Shown here: piece after piece, positions 36,513 through 48,250 of the stretch | Layout: the number at the start of each line of letters is the position of its first letter | How positions within the stretch are numbered: the first letter of the stretch is position 1 | Assembly (NCBI GenBank): GCA_963701965.1 | Contig: OY969695.1 | Span: 160,001-224,000 of the forward strand | Origin: an uncultured Gemmatimonadales bacterium | GTDB taxonomy: Bacteria; Gemmatimonadota; Gemmatimonadetes; Gemmatimonadales; Gemmatimonadaceae | Length of the DNA stretch: 64,000 nucleotides | Direction of reading: 5' to 3' | Made by a program: the position numbers and the translations under genes | The notes under the pieces: model-generated | Told to the model about the DNA's origin: nothing | Databases searched by the model: none | What the model saw: only the letters and a program-made list of their open reading frames with translations

Positions 36513-38236
36513 CTTCGATCGCGACGACGATCATCTGCACCCGTTCGACGCCGTTGTAGGCGTCGAGGCCGAGCCGCCAGGCCATGCGCACGCGGCCTTC
36601 GACCGGGTCGCTCCGGCCGAACCAGATCGCGTCGCGGACGACGCCGCCGACGCGCACCGCGAGCTTCAGGTGCTTCTCGCCGACCAGGCGCTGCGAGACG
36701 ATCTCGACCACGTCGCTGAACACCGGCGCATCGAACGCGGCGCCCCAGACCTGGTCGTCGATCAGGCGCGCGGTCGCGGGTCGAAGAGCTCGGCTGCCGA
36801 GCGGGCCGTCGCTGAAGATCGTGCGCTCGGCGCCGCTCGCGCCGAGGCTTTCGACGGCGACCTGCTGCAGCGCGCCGCGGAAGGTCTCGAAGTCGGCCCG
36901 GGCGATCGTGCAGCCGGCCGCCATCGCATGGCCGCCGAAGCGCACCAGCAGTCCGGGATGGCGCTTGCTCACGAGGTCGAGCGCGTCGCGCAGGTGAAAG
37001 CCGTCGATCGAGCGGCCCGAGCCCTTGAGCGCGCCGTCCTGGCCGAGCGCGAACACGAAGCTCGGCCGATGCAGCCGGTCCTTCAGGCGCGCGGCGATGA
37101 TGCCGACGACGCCTTCGTGGAACGACGGATCGAATACCGCGAGCGCCGGCTCGATCTCGCCGGTGAGCGCGAACGCGCGGTCGACCTCGGCCTCGGCGTC
37201 CTCGCGCATGCCGGCCTCGAGCGCGCGCCGCTCGCGGTTGATCGTGTCGAGCAGGGTCGCGAGCTCGTTGGCTCGCGCGGGATCGTCGGTGAGCAAACAC
37301 TCGATGCCGAGCGTCATGTCGGCGAGCCGGCCGGCGGCGTTCAGGCGCGGCCCGATGGCGAAGCCGAAGTCGCCGGCGCTCGCCTGGCGCGGATCGCGTC
37401 CGGCGACCGCGAACAGCGCGGCGACGCCGGGCTGCATGCGACCGGCGCGGACGCGCTTCAGCCCTTGCGCCACCAGGCAGCGGTTGTTGCGGTCGAGGCG
37501 GACGACGTCGGCGACCGTGCCGAGCGCGACCAGGTCGAGCAGGGCGTCGAGCCGCGGCTGCTGGGCGACCTCGAACTCGCCGCGCGCGCGCAGCTCGGCG
37601 CGCAGGGCGAGCAGCACGTAGAAGGCGACGCCGACGCCGGCGAGGTGCTTGCTCGCGAAGCCGCAGTCCGGCTGGTTCGGATTGACGATCACGTCGGCGC
37701 TCGGGCAGCGCGACTTCGCCGTCGACCCGCACCGGCAGGTGGTGATCGGTGACGACGACCGCGAGTCCCGCCGCCTGCGCGTAGGCGACGCCTTCGAGGC
37801 TGGCGATGCCGTTGTCGACCGTCATCAGGATCTCGGCCGACTGGGCCAGCGCGAGGTCGACGATCTGCGGCGTCAGGCCGTAGCCGTGGACACGGCGGTC
37901 GGGGACGACGTAGCAGAGCGATTCGGGCGCCGCGCCGAGCAGGCGCAGGCCGCGCAGCGCCACCGCGCAGGCGGTCGCGCCGTCGCAGTCGTAGTCGGCG
38001 ACGACGCAGATGCGGCTGCCGGCGCCGATGGCATCGGCGAGCAGCGTCGCCGCGTCGGTCGCGCCGCGCAGTCCGGCCGGCGGCAGCAGGCGCGCCAGCG
38101 CGTCGTCGAGCTCGTCGGCCGAGCGCACGCCGCGTGCCGCAAACAGGCGCGCCAGCAGCGGATGCAGGCCGGCCTGCTCGAGGGCCCAGGCGGTGCGCGG
38201 CGGGACGTCGCGGGTGACGAAGCGGATCGGCGTCAT
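36502..38236 (-). CDS. recJ: Single-stranded-DNA exonuclease RecJ (frameshifted)
   Basis: DYDCDG, TVDNG, TDHH, LAGVGVAF, GPRLNAAGR, GGHAMAAG. Confidence 0.95.
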
Positions 38237-38241
38237 CGCGA

Positions 38242-39204
38242 TCAGAGCTCCGGCGAGCAGCTCGTGCGCCGCGCCCTTCGCGCCGGCGCCGCGCAGGCGC
38301 TGCCAGAGCGTGCGCGGCTGCAGCTCGAAGCGCGCCGCGCTGCGCTCGCCGCAGAGCGTCAGCGTGGTCGCGCCGCCGGCACGCGGCGTGCACGAGCAGG
38401 CGCGCGACGGCGTCGCGATCGAGGCCGTGCCAGGCCTCGGCCCACGCCGCCCAGTCGTTCGCCAGCAGCGGCGCGCGCAAGGCGGTCGCGATCTCGGGCG
38501 TCGCCGCTGCCTCGGCGGCCTGGCGTCGGCCGCAGCCGCTGAGCCAGAACGAGTTCACCGCGAGCGCGCCGCGCTCTTCGCGCGCCGCGTTGACGGCGTG
38601 GGTGTAGAAAACGAGCTGCGCTTCGCTCTGCAGGCGACGCAGCAGGCGTGCCACGGCGCGGCTGCCGTCGTCGCCGGCTGCGGCCGATTCGCGCAGCCAG
38701 CGGTCGACGCCGCGGCCGATGACGCGGTCGAGCGACGCGGTCGCGAAGCCCTGGAGATCGTCGCGCGCCGCATACCAGCGGTCGGCGCCGCCCCACGCGG
38801 TGGCGAAGCCTTCGCTCGCGAGCAGGGCCTCGGCGCTCGGCGAACAAGGCGCGCGATTCGGTCTCGCCGAGATCGAGCTGGCCGGGATCGAGCAGGACGA
38901 CGTCGTCGCGCCCGAGCTGCCAGTGGCTCGGCGTGAGCAGCGCCCAGGCGGCGTCGCCGGTGGCGATGCCGTCGGCGGCAGCGGCGTGGGCGGCGAACGG
39001 CAGCATGCCGTCGCCGCCGCGCCAGCCCCATGCTGCGGCCAGCGCGCGCTCGTGCGGCGGCGAGAAACTGAGGGCGTCGGCGGCGTCGCTGCCTGCCGGC
39101 GCGAGCAGGCCGAGCAGGCGTTCGAGGTTCGGCAGCGCCAGGTCATGCAGCACGTGCCGACAGGCCTCCGACGTGTCGGAAGCGAACGGTACGAGCAGGT
39201 GCAT
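38242..39204 (-). CDS. Conserved hypothetical protein upstream of recJ (phosphoglycerate-mutase-like; frameshifted)
   Basis: PHERALA, LTPSHW, RRLQSEAQ, VNSFWLSG; sits between lolE and recJ. Confidence 0.7.
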
Positions 39205-39269
39205 GCGGCGATTATCGGAGCGCCCTCGCGAGCGCGGTGGCGTGCCCCGTCGGGTAGCATCGCCCCGGC

Positions 39270-40519
39270 ATGAACTGGCCCTATGAACTGCAGATCGGCT
39301 GGCGCTACACGCGGGCCGGCCGGGCCGGGCGCAGGAACGGCTTCATCTCGTTCATCTCCGGCGTGTCGATGCTCGGCATCGCCCTCGGCGTCGCCGCGCT
39401 GATCATCGTCCTCTCGGTCATGAACGGCTTCCAGAAGGAAGTGCGCGACCGGATGCTTTCGGTGATCGCCCACGTCGAGCTGAGCGACGCCGGCGGCGCC
39501 GGCTTCGTCGACTGGCGCCGGATCGCCGAGCAGGCGCGGCGCAATCCCGAGGTCGTCGGCGCCGCGCCGTTCGTCGCCTCGCAGGCGCTGATCGCGCGCG
39601 GCGACGACATGCGCGGCATCATCGTCCGCGGCATCTCGCCGCAGGAAGAGGCGACCGTCACCGACCTCGCCGCCAAGCTGCGCGACACGACGCTGGCGCG
39701 GCTCGTCCCCGGCTCGTGGAGCGTCGTCCTCGGCCGCGAGCTGGCGCGCTCGCTCTCGGTCCGCGAGGGCGACAAGGTGACGATCATCCTGCCCGGCGGC
39801 CAGGTCACGCCGGCCGGCATCGTGCCGCGCCTGCGCACGCTCACCGTCGTCGGCACCTTCGACGCCGGCCACTACGAGTACGACAGCGGCCTGGCGCTGG
39901 TCGCGCTCGAGGACGCGGCCAAGCTCTTTCGCGTCGAAGGACCGACCGGCGTCCAGCTGCGCCTGAAGGACCTGAACCGCGCTCCAGCTCGTCGCCGCCG
40001 AGCTCGAGCAAACGCTCGGGCCGCAGGTCATGGTGCGCGACTGGACCAACACCAACCGCAACTGGTTCTCGGCGGTGCAGGTGGAAAAGCGCCTGATGTT
40101 CATCATCCTGACGCTGATCGTCGCCGTCGCCGCGTTCAACCTGGTCTCGACGCTGGTCATGACGGTCACCGACAAGCGCGCCGACATCGCCATCCTGCGC
40201 ACCCTCGGCGCGAGCCCGCGCTCGGTGATGGGAATCTTCATCGTCCAGGGCGCCGCATCGGGCGTGATCGGCACGCTCGCCGGCGTCGCGCTCGGCCTGG
40301 TCATCGCCTACAACATCGACGTCATCGTGCCGGCGATCGAAGGCCTGCTGCACATGAGCTTCCTGCCGAGCAGCGTCTACCTCATCAGCCGCATGCCGAG
40401 CGATCCGCAGCAGGGCGACATCGTTCCGGTGGCGATCATCTCGCTCGTGCTCGCCTTCCTGGCGACGCTCTATCCGAGCTGGCGCGCGAGCCGGCTGCAG
40501 CCGGCCGAGGCTCTGCGCT

Positions 40520-40523
<4 letters not shown>
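39270..40523 (+). CDS. lolE: Lipoprotein-releasing ABC transporter permease (frameshift near 39985)
   Basis: [37 protein letters not shown]. Confidence 0.9.
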
Positions 40524-41255
<732 letters not shown>

Positions 41256-41283
41256 TCCGCGCTGCGCCCGCGCGCTGAGACCG

Positions 41284-42780
41284 TCAGCGCCAGTCGATCG
41301 CGCCGAAGCGTTCCTGGCCGAGCAGCGTATAGAAGATGCCGATGGTGTTGCGCACCTGCTTGCCGGTCGGCGATCCGTCGAAGCTGGCGTCGCGGCGGTT
41401 GCCGAGGTAGCGGATCGAGATCGCGTGCTGGCGGTAGACGCGCACCGTGAGCGCGGCGTCGAGGCGCAGGATGTTGTCGTGGCCGCCGCTCGTTCCCGAG
41501 GCGACGCTGCTGACGAAGTACTCGCGCCCGGTCAGGTCGAGCGACGCCTTGTCGCTGTGCGTCAGGCGCAGCGCGAGCAGCGCCTGCGGCGTGACGCCGT
41601 AGTTGTAGTCGCGATCGCTCGCCGCGCTGTTGGCGGTGCCGACGGCGCTGTAGCCGAGCCCGCCGAGCGCCGTGCCTTCGAGCGAGAGATCTTTGTTGAG
41701 CCACCAGTGGCCGGTCGTTCCGAGCGAGAGACCGGTGGTCGAAATGCGGAAGGTCTGCGGCGAGATGTAGTCGTAGTTGCCGTAGATGCCCCAGACGCCG
41801 CGGTAGTCGGGGCCGGCGTCGTACGACTTGCCGACCAGCAGGCCGCGCGTCAGCACGTTCTCGAAGCCGTTCGCGCTCGACGCCGTCGCCTGGAAGTTGA
41901 AGTAGTCGAACGGCCGCGTGTACTGGTAGCCCGACTTGCCGGGCAGGCCGTAGTCGAGCGAGAAGTCGAGCTGCGCCTCGTTCGGCTGGAACTTGGTCGA
42001 CGTGATGCCGGTCTCCTCGCGCAGGCTGTGCACGTAGCCGAGCTGCATCCGGCTGTAGTAGGCCGCGTCGTGGCTCGAGAAGATGCCGCCGAAGCGCTCG
42101 GGGAAGACGAGCCGGTTGAAGCCGGCCGAGGGAGAGACCAGCGCCGCCGCCGCCTCGCGCCAGGGCCGCGACAGCCCGCCGCCCTGCTCGAGCAGCAGGT
42201 TCGACATCCGAAACAGCGCTTCGCCGAGGAAGGCGCCGCCGATGCCGCTCGCGACCTGGTCGTTGCGCGAGGGCTGGGTCGTCTCGCCGGCGATCTCCCA
42301 CACGGCGCTGCCGGCGAAGGTGTAGCCCGCCGACTCCCAGAAGTTGAAGCCGGCCGAGCGCGCGAAGCCGTGGTACATCGCGCCCTGGTACGGATGGCCG
42401 AGCTGGTTGATCTTGAACGGATCGTCGTCGGTGCCCCAGCTGCTGTGCAGGTTGCGCCGGATCGAGTCCATGGTGACCGCGTAGTCGTCGCGGCTGCTGC
42501 TGTCGCCGAACTTGTAGTTGAGGCGATTGACCAGGAAGTCGAAGCCGATGATCTCGGCCATCGGCAGCGCGTAGTCGCTCCAGCGCCGATCCGCTGCCGG
42601 CGAAGGCGGCGCGCTCGCGGCAACGCTCATGACCGGCGCGGCGGCGGCAGTCTCGTTGGCGTCGGCCGCGGCCGCAGCCAGCGGGATCGCAACCGCGCCG
42701 AGCAGCACCAGCCGCAGTGCGGTCGCGGCGCGGCGAAGGCGGGCAGCTCGAACGATCGAAGACGGCATGTCGGCTCGCAT
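41284..42780 (-). CDS. DUF3943-like outer-membrane beta-barrel protein
   Basis: Signal peptide, DDPFKINQLGHPYQG, WEIAGE, PSRNDQ, amphipathic beta strands at the C-terminus. Confidence 0.7.
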   Translation of the reverse strand: MRADMPSSIVRAARLRRAATALRLVLLGAVAIPLAAAAADANETAAAAPVMSVAASAPPSPAADRRWSDYALPMAEIIGFDFLVNRLNYKFGDSSSRDDYAVTMDSIRRNLHSSWGTDDDPFKINQLGHPYQGAMYHGFARSAGFNFWESAGYTFAGSAVWEIAGETTQPSRNDQVASGIGGAFLGEALFRMSNLLLEQGGGLSRPWREAAAALVSPSAGFNRLVFPERFGGIFSSHDAAYYSRMQLGYVHSLREETGITSTKFQPNEAQLDFSLDYGLPGKSGYQYTRPFDYFNFQATASSANGFENVLTRGLLVGKSYDAGPDYRGVWGIYGNYDYISPQTFRISTTGLSLGTTGHWWLNKDLSLEGTALGGLGYSAVGTANSAASDRDYNYGVTPQALLALRLTHSDKASLDLTGREYFVSSVASGTSGGHDNILRLDAALTVRVYRQHAISIRYLGNRRDASFDGSPTGKQVRNTIGIFYTLLGQERFGAIDWR

Positions 42781-42799
42781 AAAAGCGAGCGCAGCCTAG

Positions 42800-42835
42800 C
42801 CGCTCCGACGTTGCGCCTGCGCACCGTCGGAGCGG
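42800..42835. repeat. Long inverted repeat (terminator or attC relic)
   Basis: CCGCTCCGACG...CGTCGGAGCGG 11-bp arms plus inner TGCGC/GCGCA; followed on the minus strand by GCTAGGC. Confidence 0.6.
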
Positions 42836-42849
42836 GACGCGGCGCAGTC

Positions 42850-43143
42850 CTACGCGCCGACGTGCCGTTCGCGCGTCGTGCCGAAGCGCGCCGCCGAGCG
42901 CGCGCGTGCGCGCTCGGCCTCGACCTCCCGGTCGCGCGGCTCCGCGGTCGTGACCAGCGAATCGATGAGCGCTCGCGCCGCGCTCGCGACCTGCTCGACG
43001 GCGGCGTCGAACGCCTCCTGATTGGCCTTCGACGGCACGCTGAAGCCGCTCAGCTTGCGAACGAACTGGAGCGACGCGTCACGAATCTCGAGCTCGGTCG
43101 CCGGCGGCTCGAAGTTGAAGAGGGTCTTGATGTTCCTGCACAT
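42850..43143 (-). CDS. DUF2277 family protein
   Basis: MCRNIKTLFNFEPPAT...ASLQFVRKLSG. Confidence 0.85.
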   Translation of the reverse strand: MCRNIKTLFNFEPPATELEIRDASLQFVRKLSGFSVPSKANQEAFDAAVEQVASAARALIDSLVTTAEPRDREVEAERARARSAARFGTTRERHVGA

Positions 43144-43158
43144 CGCGGTACTGCTCCC

Positions 43159-43530
43159 TCAATCGGTCGGTGAATGGAGCGCGACCCGGTTGCCCTCGCT
43201 GTCGAGGACGATCGCGCGATAGCCGTGCGGGCCGATCTGATGCATCGCCTGGACGATGCGGCCGCCGTTCGCGGCGACGGCGCGCACGGCGTCGCCGAGG
43301 CGCCCGTCGGTATTGAGATAGACGAGCGGACCGCGCTCGCAGGGCGCGTTGTCGTCGTCGGGCGTGTAGAGGCAGCCGCCGACGTCGTCGTGGCTGTGGG
43401 AAAAGACGCCGAAGGCGAAGCCCGGGCCGCCTTCGCGCGTCACCGGGCCGTCGAGCACCGCCGAATAGAACCTGATCGCGCGATCGAGGTCATGCACCGG
43501 AATGTCGACCCAGACAAAGCTGTGGCTCAT
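43159..43530 (-). CDS. VOC/glyoxalase family protein
   Basis: VWVDIPVHDLDRAIRFY; DSEGNRVALHS. Confidence 0.88.
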   Translation of the reverse strand: MSHSFVWVDIPVHDLDRAIRFYSAVLDGPVTREGGPGFAFGVFSHSHDDVGGCLYTPDDDNAPCERGPLVYLNTDGRLGDAVRAVAANGGRIVQAMHQIGPHGYRAIVLDSEGNRVALHSPTD

Positions 43531-43542
43531 GGCGAATCGTCC

Positions 43543-44197
43543 TCAGTGTTGGGCGAGGCAGGTGCCGCTGCCGTGCGGCGCGGCGCGAAACTCGGGCAGT
43601 GTCTCGGCGTGTGCCGACCACTGCGCCAAGGCCGGACAGCGCCCGGCCGGAACCCGCTCGGCGATCGTCTGCTGAATGAAATGCCAAGCGACGGCCGCGC
43701 TCACGCCGTCCTGGCCGATGGTCGCGCTGTCGCCCGCCAGCGGCGCGCGCGCAACCAGGTCGGCCTCGAGCGCGTCGCAGGCGGCGATCAGCTGGCCGCT
43801 GACGCGCTCGATCCAGGCGTCATGCCGCTTCTCGGCCGGGCGCATGTTCTCGTAGATGATCTGAACGCTCTTCTCGCACGCGGCGAGGGCGAGGCCGATC
43901 GTGCCGCAGGGCGCGTCGGCGCGGCGCCAGCTCGGCCGGCAGCAGCCGCCGTGTGCCGGTCGCAAGGACCTCCGCGTACTCGAGGATGAGGCTCGAGTCC
44001 ATCAGCACCGTGCCGTCGTCGCAGACCAGGGTCGGCGCCTTGACGATCGGATTGATCGCGGCGAACTGCTCGAAGGTGCGAAACACCGAGAGCGGCTCGT
44101 GCACGAAGCGCAGGCCGAGCAGCTGCAGCGAGACGGCGACTCGCCGCACGTACGGTGAATCGAGCATGCCGATCAGTCGCATCGCGCTCTCTGCCAT
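43543..44197 (-). CDS. Glutathione S-transferase (frameshift near 43905)
   Basis: MRLIGMLDSPYVRRV, NPIVKAPTL, DSSLILEY. Confidence 0.85.
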
Positions 44198-44222
44198 GGC
44201 GAGGAGGATAGCGAAGATGGTC

Positions 44223-44651
44223 TCAGGGCGCGCTCGCGCCGAGATGGACCGCCGCGATCAGCCAGAGGAACACGAGCGCGAAGTTGCTCAGCGTGAACGC
44301 CGCGAGGCGATGGAGGACATGGTTGTAGGTGAGGTGGATCGCGCTGTGGATGACGCGCAGGGCGACATAGGCCGAGGCGATCCCGATCGTCAGCGAAGAG
44401 GCGCCGGCGGTGACGTAGAGCAGCAGGCAGACGACATAGAAGAGGATCGGCAGCTCGAGCAGGTTCATGTAGTTGCGATTCGGGATGCTGACGTACCCTG
44501 GCACCGCGGCCGACTCGCCGAGCTTGAAATCGTTGGGACGGATCTCGCGCTTGCGCACCGCGCGGACGCGCGCCATCGGTATGAGCAGCAGCACCACCAG
44601 CGTCCAGAACGCCAGGGCGAACATCGGATAGAGGATTGCCGGATTGCGCAT
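44223..44651 (-). CDS. MAPEG family membrane protein
   Basis: NYMNLLELPILFY, YVALRVIHS. Confidence 0.8.
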   Translation of the reverse strand: MRNPAILYPMFALAFWTLVVLLLIPMARVRAVRKREIRPNDFKLGESAAVPGYVSIPNRNYMNLLELPILFYVVCLLLYVTAGASSLTIGIASAYVALRVIHSAIHLTYNHVLHRLAAFTLSNFALVFLWLIAAVHLGASAP

Positions 44652-44657
44652 CGCGGC

Positions 44658-45074
44658 TCAACGCAGCTTGGTCCGGGCGAGCCGCTTGGCGTTGGCGACC
44701 GCCTTGCGATGAACCGGCGCGAGCCCCTTGCCGAAGACGCCGAGCGCGGCGTTGTGGAGCTCGACCGCGAGGGCGCTGGCGGCGGCCTTGTTGCTGCGCA
44801 GCGAGGGCGCGGTCCAGAGCGAGCGCGTGAGGGAGAGCGACAGCGCCTGGTGCGAGCGCATCGCCTGCAGCGCCATCGCGTTCCACGATTCGCTGAAGGC
44901 GCTGTTCTTCTCGGCCACCATGCGTGCGAACTCCTTGCGGTCACGCTCGGAAAGCTTCGGCCCTGCCAGCGCGATCCGCGTCATCCGGTGGGCCACGACC
45001 TGCGGCACCGCGGTCGCGAGCTCGCGCGCCTGGATCGCCAATTGGCGCGCGAGCCGCGAACGACGCGGGCTCAT
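44658..45074 (-). CDS. PHA granule-associated phasin-like protein
   Basis: AVPQVVAHR, EFARMVAEK, PVHRKAVANAKRL. Confidence 0.7.
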   Translation of the reverse strand: MSPRRSRLARQLAIQARELATAVPQVVAHRMTRIALAGPKLSERDRKEFARMVAEKNSAFSESWNAMALQAMRSHQALSLSLTRSLWTAPSLRSNKAAASALAVELHNAALGVFGKGLAPVHRKAVANAKRLARTKLR

Positions 45075-45283
45075 GACGCTACGGCGGCGCAGGTCGCGCA
45101 GACGCACGAAAAGCCGCCATCGAGCGCCGTCGCCCGCGCCAGGGCGGCCGAATCGAGGAGCGCGCTGACGCACCAGCACGGCGCCGCATCGTCGCCACCG
45201 CCCGATGCCATCACGCATCCGTTGGCGCGTTGGCAGAGCGGGCAGACGCTGCCGCGGACGATCGGCTCGGCCAACGCGCTCAT
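45071..45283 (-). CDS. Cysteine-rich CWC family protein
   Basis: CPLCQRANGC...PCWC...SCVCATC. Confidence 0.8.
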   Translation of the reverse strand: MSALAEPIVRGSVCPLCQRANGCVMASGGGDDAAPCWCVSALLDSAALARATALDGGFSCVCATCAAVAS

Positions 45284-45302
45284 CGGTCGGCGCCGCTCCG
45301 GA

Positions 45303-45668
45303 CTAGGCCTTGGGCACACGCTGGAACTCTCCCCACAACCCGCGGCACTGCCGGTCGAGCGGGCTCGAAGCGGGCGGCGCCGACGCCTTGGCCGCGCTTT
45401 TGGCGACGCGCTGACGCTCGCTCTTGTAGGCGGCGCCGGCACGTGTCTCGGCCAGGCGGGCGGCCGACTTCGCATCGGGCCTGATGCGCCAGAGGCTCAG
45501 ATAGGCTTCGTCGCGGTGCCCGGCCATCTCCGGATAGCGCGCCTCGCATTCGACATAGCTGACGTCGTAGTGCGCCAGCGATTTCGGGTCGTACGGATGG
45601 CTCTGCGCCAGCACCGGCGCGGTGGCGAGCGTGAGGACGACGGCGAGGAGAACAGGAGGGATGCGCAT
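45303..45668 (-). CDS. Small secreted protein with two cysteines
   Basis: Signal peptide MRIPPVLLAVVLTLATAPVLA; VEC...RQC. Confidence 0.65.
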   Translation of the reverse strand: MRIPPVLLAVVLTLATAPVLAQSHPYDPKSLAHYDVSYVECEARYPEMAGHRDEAYLSLWRIRPDAKSAARLAETRAGAAYKSERQRVAKSAAKASAPPASSPLDRQCRGLWGEFQRVPKA

Positions 45669-45833
45669 CGAGTGGACCGTTCGAAGTAGGAGAGCGGCAA
45701 CGAGCATATGGCCCGCGCCGGCTCGCGACAAGCCCGGAGTCTAGGCGGCGGCGGAACGAATGCGCACGATGATCGTCGCCCGGCTTCGTCCACCGGCCTG
45801 CCGTCGCCGGCGCGATCGCAGCACATGCGTCGA

Positions 45834-46247
45834 TCAGCCGAATTCCTGGTGTTGCGGCAGCCCGTCGACGATCTCGAACCACGGCGCCTTGGAGCCGACG
45901 AAGATGTGCGCGGATGGCCGGAGCGAGGGCGAATCGACCAGCGTGCCGAGGGTGACGTGGACGTAAGCGCCATCGCGAACGAGCGAGTACAGGAGCGAGC
46001 CGCAGACGGCGCAACGTGCATCGTGGGAGTTAGCGCTGCCGAAGAGCCGCAGACGGTCGCGGCCGTTGGCGATTTCGAGTCGATCGCGCTCGATGCCGGC
46101 GAACGGCTTGAACGCCGAGCCAGTGGCGCGGCGGCAGTTCGAGCAATGGCAGTTCAAGGCATAGCGGAAGTGGTCGTCGACCGTGTACTCGACCGCACCG
46201 CAGAGGCAGCGGCCGGCGAGCCGTCGCGCGGCGGAATGCGTCGGCAT
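45834..46247 (-). CDS. GFA (CENP-V) family protein
   Basis: GRCLCG, CHCSNCRR, CAVCGS, HIFVGSKAPW. Confidence 0.88.
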   Translation of the reverse strand: MPTHSAARRLAGRCLCGAVEYTVDDHFRYALNCHCSNCRRATGSAFKPFAGIERDRLEIANGRDRLRLFGSANSHDARCAVCGSLLYSLVRDGAYVHVTLGTLVDSPSLRPSAHIFVGSKAPWFEIVDGLPQHQEFG

Positions 46248-46632
46248 CAGCGACCGGCATAGTGCGCCGCCGCCATGACGAACGGAAGCACCAGTTCGGG
46301 GATCAGATAGCCGAGCCAGACCGCCGCGGGCCGGGGCAGCCCACCTTGCTGATCGAGAGCAGTCGGCCGCATCCGGCGAGCAGCACGCCGAGCGCGAGCA
46401 GGTAGACCAGCGTGTCCTGCTGGCGCACTGTGAGCCCGGCCCACAGGCAGATGACTCCGGTCCCGAGATAGACGCCGGCCATGAAGCGGTGGACGTTGTC
46501 GAGACGCGGCGAGGTATCGGGCTGGCCGAGGATCATCTGTAGCGAGCCGCCGAAGATCGCGATCGCGGCTGCGAGGAAAAGGCAGGCCTGGACGACGTGC
46601 TGGCTGAGCGTGAGTGGAAGGTCGGCGCTCAT
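46247..46632 (-). CDS. DUF4345-like membrane protein (frameshifted)
   Basis: LDNVHRFMAGVY, GRLLSI, YLIPELVLP in a second frame. Confidence 0.7.
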
Positions 46633-47039
46633 TCAGCGCCTTCGAGGACCAGCTGGGTTTGCGTGACGACGGCGCAGAGCTTGCCGTTGTCGTTCCTGAC
46701 CGAGGTCTGCCAGACCATCGTCGTGCGGCCGCGGTGCAGGGCGATGCACTCGCCCGTGACCGTCGTGTCCAGGCGCGCCCCGGCGATGAACTTGGTGCTC
46801 GAATCGGTGGTCGCCGTGCGCTTTCCCGGCTTCAGGTTGAGCAGCGTTCCGACCGCGCCCAGGGTATCGGCGAACGCCATGTAGGCGCCGCCGTGAAGGA
46901 TGCCGCCGGCGGTGCACAGGTCGGCGCGGACCTTCATCTCGGCGACGACCCGGTCGGGGGCGAGCTCGACCAGGCGCACGCCCATCAGGCCGGGGAAGAG
47001 CGGAGCGAGCAAGGTCTGGAGGGAAGCGAGTTCTGGCAT
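46629..47039 (-). CDS. PaaI family thioesterase
   Basis: GILHGGAYMAFADTLG hotdog-fold motif. Confidence 0.88.
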   Translation of the reverse strand: MPELASLQTLLAPLFPGLMGVRLVELAPDRVVAEMKVRADLCTAGGILHGGAYMAFADTLGAVGTLLNLKPGKRTATTDSSTKFIAGARLDTTVTGECIALHRGRTTMVWQTSVRNDNGKLCAVVTQTQLVLEGAE

Positions 47040-47091
47040 CGGGGGCTCCTCGCGGCGGAAAGCGTCGGATCCGCAGGTCGGTTTTCGGCCG

Positions 47092-47304
47092 TTACCTGGA
47101 CTTGCCGCCGAACGCCAGCAACAGGCCGCCGGCGACGACGGCGCCGACGCCGAGCCAGACCGGAACGTTGACCGTCTTCGTCTCCTTGACCGATAGCTCG
47201 AGCGGGCCGAGCTTGACCGCGGTCTTGTCGTCGGTGTAGCTGAAGCCGCCGTAGGCGAGCGCGAGCACGCCGAGGACGATCAGGACGACGGCGGCGATTT
47301 TCAT
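47092..47304 (-). CDS. Small two-TM membrane protein
   Basis: MKIAAVVLIVLGVLALAYGGFSYT...KLGPLEL...PVWLG; AAGGAG RBS. Confidence 0.75.
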   Translation of the reverse strand: MKIAAVVLIVLGVLALAYGGFSYTDDKTAVKLGPLELSVKETKTVNVPVWLGVGAVVAGGLLLAFGGKSR

Positions 47305-47351
47305 GAGGCTCCTTGGCAGCGGTGGCGCGATTCTGCCGTTGCCGTCGATCG

Positions 47352-47852
47352 TCAGGGCGAGGGGTTCCCGGCAAGGAGCTCGACCTCGGCCTCGACCTCG
47401 ACCGGGATGTCGAACGGCAGCTCGTACAGGCCGACGGCGCTGCGCGAATGCGCGCCGACCGAAGGGCCGTACAGCTCGACGATCAGCTCCGAGAAGCCGT
47501 TGATCACGCTCGGCTGTCGGTTGAACCCTGCCGCCGAGTTGACCATGCCAAGGACGCGGCACCAGGCCGCGACGCGATCGAGGTCGCCGATGGCGCGCTT
47601 CAGGCTGCCGAGCATCGACAACGCCACCAGGCGCGCGGCGGCATGGCCCTGCTCGAGCGACAACTCGCGACCGACCTTGCCGAGCGGCTCGGCAACCGAG
47701 CCGTCGACGTTCTGCGGACCGTGGCCGGAGATGAACGCGCGCGAGCCGACGATCCTGACGAACTGGAACGGCAGGACGACGCCGGGCGGCGGCTTGAGGG
47801 GTGCCGGCAACATGAGACCGAGCGCGGCGAGTTTGGCTTCGACAGCGGCCAT
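47352..47852 (-). CDS. RidA/YjgF family protein
   Basis: ISGHGP, GKVG, LGMVNS, INGFSEL, HSRSAVG, PVEVE. Confidence 0.88.
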   Translation of the reverse strand: MAAVEAKLAALGLMLPAPLKPPPGVVLPFQFVRIVGSRAFISGHGPQNVDGSVAEPLGKVGRELSLEQGHAAARLVALSMLGSLKRAIGDLDRVAAWCRVLGMVNSAAGFNRQPSVINGFSELIVELYGPSVGAHSRSAVGLYELPFDIPVEVEAEVELLAGNPSP

Positions 47853-47854
47853 GG

Positions 47855-48250
47855 TCAGACCTCCTTGTTGGTGACGGCACGGGTCAACGTGCCCGCGCCC
47901 AGAGTGACGTGGAGCATACGGCTCGGTGCGTGGACGCGGGCGGTGTGCCAGACGCCGCGCGGCACGACGACCGCGCCGCGCCCGGCAATGGCAAGCACGC
48001 GAACCCCGTCTTCGTGCTCGAGCAGCAAATCGATCGAGCCCGACAGCAGGTAGACGAACTCGTCGCCGTTCGGGTGCATTTCCCAGGTCGGCCAATCGGC
48101 GACGAACTCGTATTCGGACACGACCCAGTCGCTGCCGACGCGGTCTCGCTCGGCCTGCGCCAGCGACCAGAACGCGTCGCCTCCGGGCAGCGTCTCGGCG
48201 ACGCCGTCGGCGCCGAGGCGAACGTAGCTGTCTTGCGGATTCAAGAGCAT
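47855..48250 (-). CDS. Cupin domain protein
   Basis: WEMHPNGDEFVYLLSG; VVPRGVWH. Confidence 0.85.
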   Translation of the reverse strand: MLLNPQDSYVRLGADGVAETLPGGDAFWSLAQAERDRVGSDWVVSEYEFVADWPTWEMHPNGDEFVYLLSGSIDLLLEHEDGVRVLAIAGRGAVVVPRGVWHTARVHAPSRMLHVTLGAGTLTRAVTNKEV

